A stretch of 64,000 bases of DNA from an uncultured Gemmatimonadales bacterium (GTDB taxonomy: Bacteria > Gemmatimonadota > Gemmatimonadetes > Longimicrobiales > RSA9), in contig OY970192.1 of NCBI GenBank assembly GCA_963708135.1, forward strand, positions 256,001 to 320,000. The letters run 5' to 3'. Both the position numbers and the translations under genes were made by a program. Positions 45,013 through 53,558 of this stretch are shown here, piece after piece. Position 1 is the stretch's first letter. Every line of letters starts with the position of its first letter. The notes below the pieces were generated by a model. It had not been told where the DNA came from, did not search any database, and saw only the letters and a program-made list of their open reading frames with translations.

Positions 45013-47301
45013 GTGCAGCCAACGATCGAATCCAGGCCGGGGACGAGCGGGCGCGTCCTGCTCGGCGCCCTCGCCGTCCTCGCGGCGGCCGCCCCGCTCG
45101 GCGCGCAGCAGGCGGCGAAGGAGACTCTTGAAAGCGTCCCGGCGGCGCTCGCGGCGAGTGGAATCCTGGCCGGGCGGCCGGGCCCGCAGAGCGTCAACTG
45201 GATCGAGGGCGGCGCCGCGTTCTCCTACACGACGTACAACCAGGAGACGAAGCGTGAGGAGGTCCACCGCTACGACCCGAACGCGCTCCAGGACGCGCTG
45301 CTCTTCGACAACCGGGTGCTCACCATGCCGGGCGAGTCGAAGCCGCTCGAGTACCGCTCCTTCCAGTGGGCCGCGGACTCCCGCCACGTCGTGTTCGAGG
45401 CCAACTTCCGCAGGATCTACCGCCGCTCGGGGCTGGCGGACTTCTACATCTACGACACGAAGGACCACACGCTGAAGCTGGCGGTGAAGGACGCGCGCAC
45501 GGCGGAGCTCGCGCCGGACGGCTCCGTCGTCGGGTTCGAACGTGGCGGCAACATGTACATCTACGACATCGCCGCCGGCCGCGAGACCCAGCTCACGGAT
45601 GATGCCACCGACAGCATCTTCAACGGCGTGCACGACTGGGTCTACGAGGAGGAGTTCGGCGAGGCGCAGGCGTGGAAGTGGTCGCCGGACAGCCGCCACA
45701 TCGCCTTCTGGCAAACGGACGAGCACCAGGTCCCGTTCGTCCAGATCACCAACTACGCCGGCCACCACCCGAAGTGGGAGCACATCAACTACCCCGAGGT
45801 CGGCGACCACAACCCGGTGGTGAAGATCGGCGTCGTGGACGTCAAGAGCGGCAGGACCACCTGGCTCGACACCGGCCTCACCGGCGACGTCTACATCCCG
45901 CGCATCTACTGGACGTCCGAGCCCAACACGCTGGCCGTCGTCACCCTCGACCGGCCGCAGAACCATGTCCGGCTGTTCTTCTTCGACGTGACCACCGGCC
46001 AGCGCAGGCAGGTGTTCGAGGAGACGAGCGACACCTGGATCGACGTCTACGACTTTTACGCGGGCATCAACGACTTCTTCACATTCCCCACCGGCCTGAA
46101 GGAGTTCTTCTGGGTCTCCGACCGCGACGGGCACCAGCACGTCTACCGCTACGGCTACGACGGCAAGCTGATCGACCAGGTCACGAAGGGGCCGTTCACC
46201 GTCACGCGCGTCGAGGCCGTCAACCCCAGGACGAAGACCCTCTACTTCACCTCCACCGAGGTCTCCCCGCTCCAGCGCCAGCTCTACGCCATCGGTTTCG
46301 ACGGCACCGGCAAGCGGCGCATCACGCAGGCGCCCGGGACCCACGACATCGACATGTCCCCCGACGGGCGCTTCTTCATCGACTCCTGGTCCAGCACCAC
46401 GCAGCCGCGCCAGGTCGAGCTCTGGAGCACGGCCGGCGGCGGCAAGAAGCTCAAGACCCTCGAGGACAACGCCGCCACCTCCGAGTGGCTGAAGACGCAC
46501 GCCTACTCGCCGCAGGAGAACTTCAGCTTCACCACGAGCGACGGCGTCCGCCTCGACGGCTCCATGATCCGGCCGCCCGACTTCGACCCGTCGAAGAAAT
46601 ACCCCGTCCTCATGTCCGTCTACGGCGGGCCCGGCTCGCAGCAGGTCTACGACTCCTGGACCAGCAACGGCTGGGACCAGTACCTCGCCCAGCACGGCTA
46701 CATCGTGGTCGGCCTCAACAACCGCGGCACCAACAACTACAGCCGCGACTTCATGAAGGTCGTCTACGAGCACCTCGGCAAGTGGGAGAGCAACGACTTC
46801 GCCGAGGCCGCGAAGTGGCTCGCCTCCCAGCCATGGGTCGATTCCAGGCACATGGCCATCCAGGGCACCAGCTACGGCGGCTACAGCACCGTCTACACCC
46901 TGCTCACCCACCCCGGCGTCTTCGCGCTCGGCATCGCCAACTCGCCCGTCACCGACTGGCGCCTCTACGACACCATCTACACCGAGCGCTACATGGGCCT
47001 GCTCTCCGACAACGAGAAGGGCTACGAGCAGAGCGCCGCCATGCCCTACGCCGACAGCCTCCAGGCCCACCTCCTCCTCGTCCACTCCGCCATGGACGAG
47101 AACGTCCATCCCCAGAACACCATGCAGCTCCTCACCGCCCTCACCAACGCCGGCAAGGACGTCGAGCTGCGGTTCTACCCGCCCGGCGCCCACGGCGCCG
47201 CCTACAACCGCGAGAGCTACGTCACCATGACCGAGGTCTACACGAACGAGCTCTGCCGCTGGCTCAAGCCCGGCTGTACTCCGGTGAACCTGAACCAGTG
47301 A
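45013..47301 (+). CDS. S9B dipeptidyl-peptidase IV family peptidase
   Basis: DWVYEEE, WSPDSRHIAF, YGGPGSQ, nucleophile GTSYGG, YDTIYTERYMG, DENVHPQ, C-terminal His. Confidence 0.95.
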   Translation: MQPTIESRPGTSGRVLLGALAVLAAAAPLGAQQAAKETLESVPAALAASGILAGRPGPQSVNWIEGGAAFSYTTYNQETKREEVHRYDPNALQDALLFDNRVLTMPGESKPLEYRSFQWAADSRHVVFEANFRRIYRRSGLADFYIYDTKDHTLKLAVKDARTAELAPDGSVVGFERGGNMYIYDIAAGRETQLTDDATDSIFNGVHDWVYEEEFGEAQAWKWSPDSRHIAFWQTDEHQVPFVQITNYAGHHPKWEHINYPEVGDHNPVVKIGVVDVKSGRTTWLDTGLTGDVYIPRIYWTSEPNTLAVVTLDRPQNHVRLFFFDVTTGQRRQVFEETSDTWIDVYDFYAGINDFFTFPTGLKEFFWVSDRDGHQHVYRYGYDGKLIDQVTKGPFTVTRVEAVNPRTKTLYFTSTEVSPLQRQLYAIGFDGTGKRRITQAPGTHDIDMSPDGRFFIDSWSSTTQPRQVELWSTAGGGKKLKTLEDNAATSEWLKTHAYSPQENFSFTTSDGVRLDGSMIRPPDFDPSKKYPVLMSVYGGPGSQQVYDSWTSNGWDQYLAQHGYIVVGLNNRGTNNYSRDFMKVVYEHLGKWESNDFAEAAKWLASQPWVDSRHMAIQGTSYGGYSTVYTLLTHPGVFALGIANSPVTDWRLYDTIYTERYMGLLSDNEKGYEQSAAMPYADSLQAHLLLVHSAMDENVHPQNTMQLLTALTNAGKDVELRFYPPGAHGAAYNRESYVTMTEVYTNELCRWLKPGCTPVNLNQ

Positions 47302-47330
47302 CCCCCGGTTCCTCCACGCCACTCCTCCCC

Positions 47331-47848
47331 AGAGTGGGGGAGTGGGAGAGTGGGGGACCCGAGCGACGCTCGCCGCGCCCGCCGCGGACGCGACGCTCCC
47401 GAGGCCCGGCGCCGCCTCCCGCGCGCCGTGAGGCTTGCGAGGCCCGGCGCCGTTCCCGGGCGCCGCGAAGGTCGCGAGGCCCGGCGCCGTTCCGGGGCGC
47501 CGTGAGGCTTGCGAGGCCCGGCGCCGTTCCCGGGCGCCGCGAAGGTCGCGAGGCCCGGCGCCGTTCCGGGGCGCCGTGAGGCTTGCGAGGCCCGGCGCCG
47601 TTCCCGGGCGCCGCGAAGGTCGCGAGGCCCGGCGCCGTTCCGGGGCGCCGTGAAGCCCGCGAGGCCCGGCGCAGGTTCCGGGCGTCGCGGAGGTCGCGAG
47701 GCCCGGCGCCGTGAAGCTTGCGAGGCCCGGCGCAGTTCCCGGGCGCCGCAAAGGTCGCGAGGCCCGGGCCGTTCCCGGCGCCCCGAAGCCGGCCCGGAGT
47801 CTCCCACTCTCCCGCTCTCCCACTCTGTCACTCTGTCACTCTGTCACC
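47331..47848. repeat. Intergenic cassette: G-rich octamer left cap, about 11 x 37-bp palindromic units (74-bp dimer), C-rich octamer right cap
   Basis: CGAGGCCCGG at 47400, 47438, 47475, 47512, 47549, 47586, 47623, 47660, 47697, 47721 and 47758. Units alternate TGAGGCTT and CGAAGGTC linkers. Confidence 0.93.
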
Positions 47849-47896
47849 CCCGGCCCCCTCCCGCACCCCCTCCCTCACCCCCGCGAGCGCCGCCCC

Positions 47897-47951
47897 TTGA
47901 CACGCCCCCTGGCACGAGTGTAGCATGGACCGCGTTGAGACTGATTCTCAA
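47897..47951 (+). promoter_or_regulatory. Sigma70 promoter with downstream Fur-box-like palindrome
   Basis: TTGACA(47897), 18 nt, TAGCAT(47921). TTGAGACTGATTCTCAA (47935-47951) resembles the 7-1-7 Fur box TGATAAT-N-ATTATCA. Confidence 0.75.
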
Positions 47952-47978
47952 GCTCACTCGGGCCACCACTCAGCCGCC

Positions 47979-49058
47979 ATGCCACACGTACAGCACGAGT
48001 CCGCCGCCACCGGGGCCGCCGTCGGGGCCTCCACCGCCGCCACGCGCGCGGGGACGCGCACCGGCCGGGCGGGCCGCGCGGCGCCGCGCCGGCCCACGCT
48101 GTGGAAGACCTTCTTCGCTCTCGCCGCGCTGGCGGTGGCGGGGGTTCTCCTGTGGGCGGGGCTGGTGGCGGGGGGGAGCCCGGATCCGCTGACGCGGAAC
48201 ACGGGCTCGCGGGCGGCGGTGGTGGACATCGGGGTGCTGGTGTTCCGTGAGGGGCTGGAGTGCATCCTGGTGCTGGCGGCGATCACGGCGAGCATGGTGG
48301 GCACGAGCCAGTCGTACCGGAAGCCGATCGCGGCGGGGGCGGCGCTGGGGTTCGTGGCGACGCTGCTGACGTGGGCGGGGGCAGTGCGGGTGGTGGACGC
48401 GCTGACGACGAGCATCTCGGCGCTTTACGTGCAGGCGATCACGGGGCTGCTGGCGATCGTGGTGCTGGTGATCGTGATGAACTGGTTCTTCCACAAGGTC
48501 TACTGGACGGGCTGGATCTCGATGCACAACCGGCGCAAGCGGGCGCTGCTGGACAGTGTGGAGCGCTCGGACCGGTCGCGGGCGAGGGTGCTTTGGGGCT
48601 TTGCTGCGCTGGGGTTCACGTCGCTGTACCGCGAGGGCTTCGAGGTCGTGCTGTTCCTGCAGAACTACCGGCTGAAGCTGGGGGGGCCGCCGGTGGGGTG
48701 GGGGGTGCTGGTGGGGCTGCTGCTGACGGGGGTGGTGGCGGTGCTGACGTTCGTCGCGCACCGTCGTCTGCCGTACCGCCGCATGCTGGTGCTGACGGGG
48801 ATCCTGCTCGGCGCGGTGCTGCTGGTGATGGTGGGCGAGCAGGCGCAGGAGATGCAGCTCGCGCACATGATTCCGACGACGGTGATCCCGTGGCTGGCGG
48901 CGCTCGTCCCGTCGTGGATGAGCCTGTGGTTCGCGGTGTTCCCGACGGTCGAGACGCTGACGGCGCAGCTGATCGCGGCGCTGCTGGTGCTCGGCTCCTA
49001 CCTCGTGGTCCGGCTGCAGCTCTCGCGGCTGGCCCGGGGCGCGACGGCGCGGGCCTGA
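47979..49058 (+). CDS. FTR1/EfeU family iron permease
   Basis: Two RExxE motifs (FREGLE, YREGFEVVLF) and multiple TM helices. Start placed downstream of the Fur-like box. Confidence 0.9.
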   Translation: MPHVQHESAATGAAVGASTAATRAGTRTGRAGRAAPRRPTLWKTFFALAALAVAGVLLWAGLVAGGSPDPLTRNTGSRAAVVDIGVLVFREGLECILVLAAITASMVGTSQSYRKPIAAGAALGFVATLLTWAGAVRVVDALTTSISALYVQAITGLLAIVVLVIVMNWFFHKVYWTGWISMHNRRKRALLDSVERSDRSRARVLWGFAALGFTSLYREGFEVVLFLQNYRLKLGGPPVGWGVLVGLLLTGVVAVLTFVAHRRLPYRRMLVLTGILLGAVLLVMVGEQAQEMQLAHMIPTTVIPWLAALVPSWMSLWFAVFPTVETLTAQLIAALLVLGSYLVVRLQLSRLARGATARA

Positions 49059-49372
49059 TCGCCCGCGCGCCCTCCTCCTCCTCCAGTCCCGCACCCTGGC
49101 GGCCGCTGGTTCGCGGCCCCGCTCCATGGCATGCCGATTGTCCCATCTTCTCCGCCTGCCGCCGCTCGGCGCAGGCGACGCTGTCCCTGGCGGCCGCCGG
49201 TCCCGCCCCGTTCCGGCCCGTCCGCCGGGCGCCGGCGTTCCGGGGGCATGACGGAGCCGCGCGGGCTCGTCGCATACAGGATTGTATTCCGTTTCCCGCT
49301 GTATTATCCTGCACGGGTTCCCCTCGTCCCCACAACACCACTCGCGCGGCAACGCCGCGAGGAGGCATCCAG

Positions 49373-51318
49373 ATGCGACGCTCGATCGTCACGGGAATTC
49401 TCGCGGGCCTCGGGATCGTCGCCATGGCGCCGTCACTGGCGTGGGCGCAGGCTGGGGCGGATGCCGCGGCGCGGCCGGTGGCGAGTGCGGCGGCGCCGGC
49501 GGCGCGGCAGGGACCCACGGACGCGGTGGAGGTGGGGGCGTTCATGGACGGGATGATGGCGGCGCAGCTCAAGGACAAGAAGGTGGAGGGCGCGACGGTG
49601 GCGGTGGTGCGGGATGGCAAGCTGCTGTTTGCGAAGGGGTACGGCTGGGCGGACCTGGCGAAGCACGTTCCGGTGGACCCGGAGAAGACGCTGTTCCGGA
49701 TCGGCTCGGTGTCGAAGCTGTTCACGTGGACGGCGCTGATGCAGCTGGTGGACGAGGGGAAGGTGGATCTGCACGCGGACGTGAACAAGTATCTGGACTT
49801 CAAGATTCCGGACACGTATCCGGGCCACCCGATCACGGTGTGGAACCTGATGACGCACACGCCGGGGTTCGAGGACCGGGGCTTCTCGCTGTTCAGCGAG
49901 ACGAGCGAGCCGCGTGGGAGGTTCCTGGCGGAGCACATTCCGGCGCGGGTGCGGCTGCCGGGGACGTACTCGGCGTACTCGAACTACGGCGCGGCGCTGG
50001 CGGGCTACATCGTGGAGCGGGTGAGCGGTCAGTCGTGGGAGTCGTACGTGCGCCAGCACATCTTCGAGCCGCTCGGGATGCAGCACGCGGCGATGGAGCA
50101 GCCGCTGCCGAAGGACATTGCGGGGGACATGTCGGTGGGGTACGCGAAGGGCGGGGAGGAGCCGCAGCCGAAGGAGTTCGAGACACTGCTACCGATGGCG
50201 CCGGCGGGGAGCGGCAGCGTGAGCGCGGAGGACATGGGGCGCTTCATGATCGCGCAGCTGCAGAACGGGGAGTTCGAGGGCCGGCGGATCCTGTCGGACT
50301 CGATCGCGCGGCTCATGCACTCGCGGCAGTTCGCGCACGATCCGCGGCTGCCGGCCTTCGACCTGGGCTTCTACGAGCAGGATTCCCACGGCGTGCACAT
50401 CATCGGGCATGGCGGGGACACGCAGTGGTTCCACTCGGACCTGTCGCTCTTCCCGGATGAGAACCTGGGCGTGTTCGTGTCCTACAACACGGCGAGCGGG
50501 GGGAGGAGAGCTTCGGGCCGTTCCTGCAGCAGTTTCTCGACCACTACTACCCGCAGCCGCCGCGGCTATTGAAGGGCGCGCCCGCGCCGGACCTGGCGCC
50601 GTATCTCGGCAGCTACCGGCTCAACCGGATGTCGTACACGACGGCCGAGAAGGCGATGGGGCTGGCCTCGAAGATCACGGTGCAGGAGGACCCGAAGACG
50701 CCGGGCGGCCTCATCGTGGCGACGCCGCTCGGCCGCAAGCGCTACGTGGCCGCCGGCACCGACCTGTTCCAGGAGGTGGACGGCCCCGAGCAGGTGGCGT
50801 TCCAGGTGAAGGACGGGCAGGCGACGCACTTCTTCCTGAGCGACATGCCGATGATGGCGGCGGAGCGCGTCGCGTGGTACCAGGCGGCCACCTTCAGCCA
50901 GCTGGTCCTGGGCATCGCGCTGCTGCTCCTCCTCACCGTGCTGCTCGCGCTGCCCGGCCGCTGGCTCTTGCGCAAGCGCTTCCCGCAGATCCCGCCGATC
51001 GAGGGGCGGGCGCGCGTGGCCCGCTGGGTCGAATTCGCGGTCGCGGTGCTCGGCATCGGCTTCGTCATCGCCTTCGTGGTGGCGCTCAGCAACGCGGGCG
51101 GCCTCATGAAGGGGAACGGCGGGCCGATCTACTTCGCGCTCACGCTCTCGACGCTGGCGGCCGTGGGCACGCTCGCCCTGCTGTGGTACGCCATCCTCGC
51201 CTGGCGGCGAGGCCTCTTCGACATCTGGGGGCGCGTGCACTACACCCTCGTCACCGTCGGCGCCCTGGCCTTCGTCTGGGCGTTGGCGCAGTGGAACCTC
51301 CTCGGGTGGCGCCTCTGA
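49373..51318 (+). pseudogene. Beta-lactamase-family (S12) serine hydrolase with C-terminal TM helices; frameshifted at G6 run 50498-50503 (pseudogene or sequencing error)
   Basis: SVSK (SxxK), YSN and HGG motifs. Adding one G joins ..YNTASGG-EESFGPFLQQFLDHYYP.. to the 50569-51318 ORF. Confidence 0.85.
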
Positions 51319-51397
51319 CGCGTTAGCGGCGCGCACTCCTCCCGCCGCCGTCGGCGGCCCCGCTGTGTGAGGCGGGTCCGCCGGCGGCCGGCACCTC

Positions 51398-53173
51398 CTA
51401 CCACGCCAGCCCGTAGGCCTCGCGCCGCGGGTCCGCGCCCGTCTGCAGGACGCCGTCCGGCAGCAGACGGATCATCTGCGCGCCGCCGAAATCGTGGGAG
51501 CGCGCGTCGCGCACGATGACCCGGTTGCCCAATGAGCGCAGCCGATCCGCCGTGGCGCCGGGGAACCCGGGCTCGAGCTGGAGCGTGCCGTCGGCAAAAC
51601 TGCGCCAGCGCGGCGCCTCGACCGCCTGCTGCGGCGTCAGCCCCCACAGCGCAACGTCGTCGAAGACCTGCAGGATTGTCTGCGTCTGGCCATCGCCGCC
51701 GGGCGTCCCGATCACCATGGCCAGCGAGCCGTTCGGGTTGAGTACCATCGTCGGAGAGAGCGTATGGTAGGTGCGCTTCCCGGGCGCGATCACGTTGGCA
51801 GACGTCGGATCCAGCTTGAACAGCGCACCCCGGTCCTGCAGGATAAACCCGGTGCCCGGGACCATGCGGCCGCTGCCGAAGAGCGCGAAGTTGCTCTCGA
51901 TCAGGCTGACCGCGTTGCCGTGGCTGTCCACCACGCAGAGGTAGACCGTGTCACCGCCGCGCGGGTCGTTCTTGCCCGTTCCCTGCGCCTCGGGCGTCCG
52001 GCCGGATGTGCCGGCGCCACTCGCGCCCGCCGGGGGGGAGGCGTCGTCGGTCGCCTCCGCCGGGCGCAGTCCCTTCGCCCGCTCGCGGGCATATGCCTTC
52101 GAGATCAGCCTCTGTACCGGCACGTCCACGACTGCCGGGTCGCTCACGTAGCGGTCGCGGTCCGCGAACGCCAGCTTCTTGATGCGCGCCAGCAGGTCGA
52201 TGGCCGGCGCGCCCCTCCGGTCCATCCCCTTCAGGTCGAACAGCTCCGCCATGTTCATCTGTTCGAGGAGCGCCAGCCCCTGCGTGTTCGGAGGGAAGGC
52301 CAGCACCCGGTAGCCGGCGTACGTTGTGCTGATCGGCTCCGTCCATGTCGACGTATGCCGGGCGAGGTCCGCCGCGCTGATCAGTCCGCCCATCCGGTCC
52401 ATGTACGCCGCGACTTTCCGTGCGATCGGGCCCCGGTAGAAAACCGCCGGCCCGCCAGAGGCAATGGCCTCCATGGTGCGCGCCAGGTCCGGGTTGCGCA
52501 GCCGCGCGCCGACCGCCGGCACCTTGCCTCCCGCCAGGTAGATCGCCGCGATCGACGAATCGCGCTCGATCAGCGCCTTCTGGCTTCGTATATCCTCCGC
52601 CAGCGTGCTCGAGACCGGATACCCGTCCCGCGCGTAGTGGATCGCCGGCGCCAGCGCCTGTGCCAGCGTGATCGTGCCGTAGCGCGCCAGCGCGTCCGAC
52701 CACGCCATCAGCGTCCCCGGCACCGTCACGGAGAGAACCCCCGTGTCCGGCACCACCGTGAGGCCGCGCTCGCGGAAGAACGCGGGCGTCGCCCGGCTCC
52801 CCGCCCGTCCGCTGCCGTTCAGCGCCACCACCTTCCCCGTCTTCCCGTCACGGATCAACAGGAACGCGTCCCCCCCCAGCCCGTTCATGTGCGGCCGCAC
52901 CACGCTGAGTACCGCCGCCGCCGTGATTGCCGCGTCCACCGCGTTCCCGCCCCGCCGCAGCACCGCCGCCCCGGCTTCCGCCGCCAGTGGGTGCCCCGCC
53001 ACGATCGCCGCCGTCGTACCGCCCACCTCCGGCCGGCCCTTGTCGGCCGCCGCCGGTTCCTGCGCCTTGAGCTGCGCCGTGCTCACCAGCGAAAGCGATA
53101 CGGCGAGCACCGAGCGCGCGAGCGCGGTCAGGAGAGGCCCGCGCGGGGGTCGAAGGGTGGAAGCGTGGCGCAT
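51398..53173 (-). CDS. ggt: Gamma-glutamyltransferase (Ntn-hydrolase T3 family), secreted
   Basis: GGNAVDAA, GLGGDAF, VTVPG, PPNTQG, nucleophile Thr in GDTVYLCVVD, PGKRTYHTLSP, GTPGGDGQTQ, GADPRRE. Confidence 0.93.
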   Translation of the reverse strand: MRHASTLRPPRGPLLTALARSVLAVSLSLVSTAQLKAQEPAAADKGRPEVGGTTAAIVAGHPLAAEAGAAVLRRGGNAVDAAITAAAVLSVVRPHMNGLGGDAFLLIRDGKTGKVVALNGSGRAGSRATPAFFRERGLTVVPDTGVLSVTVPGTLMAWSDALARYGTITLAQALAPAIHYARDGYPVSSTLAEDIRSQKALIERDSSIAAIYLAGGKVPAVGARLRNPDLARTMEAIASGGPAVFYRGPIARKVAAYMDRMGGLISAADLARHTSTWTEPISTTYAGYRVLAFPPNTQGLALLEQMNMAELFDLKGMDRRGAPAIDLLARIKKLAFADRDRYVSDPAVVDVPVQRLISKAYARERAKGLRPAEATDDASPPAGASGAGTSGRTPEAQGTGKNDPRGGDTVYLCVVDSHGNAVSLIESNFALFGSGRMVPGTGFILQDRGALFKLDPTSANVIAPGKRTYHTLSPTMVLNPNGSLAMVIGTPGGDGQTQTILQVFDDVALWGLTPQQAVEAPRWRSFADGTLQLEPGFPGATADRLRSLGNRVIVRDARSHDFGGAQMIRLLPDGVLQTGADPRREAYGLAW

Positions 53174-53238
53174 GGGTCCGGCTCCGGCGTTGCGGGGGGA
53201 AGGCATGGCGGGCGCGTCCGGGACGCACGGCCAAGGGA

Positions 53239-53352
53239 TTGTATACAAAACATGGCGCGCTCCGCCGCGGCGAGGCAAGTGGCGTGCTGAAGGGCAGGTG
53301 CGCCGTCAACAATCTTGCTTGGGGCCACCCGTGTGCATAGCTTTGCATACAA
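53239..53352. promoter_or_regulatory. Two GntR/FadR-type operator-like palindromes in the ggt-susC divergent region
   Basis: TTGTATACAA (53239-53248, perfect) and TTGCATACAA (53343-53352, one mismatch). Confidence 0.65.
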
Positions 53353-53558
53353 ACCTGCCGACAATGTGAGGGTGCGAGCCGGAGAGCGACACGACGCGCT
53401 CCTCGCGGATTCGCGAAGCGGGTGCCCCGCCTCTGGGCGCCCCATAGCAGCCGCCGATTCAGATGTCGATTTGCGCGTTCCGCGTCGCCGCGGGGCGCGG
53501 GAACGCCCGTTGGTCATGGGCGGTCGGCGTACTCCTCCCCCTTGCCTGGAGGCGTGCC

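Noticed and set aside
47400..47795. Possible CRISPR array (37-bp repeats)
   Set aside because: Units are contiguous with only alternating 8-nt linkers and no spacers.
47925..47978. Longer start for the FTR1 gene at 47925
   Set aside because: That ATG overlaps the -10 hexamer, and the extension would span the Fur-like box.
49373..51318. Calling the S12 protein a beta-lactam resistance gene
   Set aside because: SxxK/YSN/HGG with C-terminal TM helices fits the broad serine hydrolase family; it lacks the KTG motif of class C enzymes.
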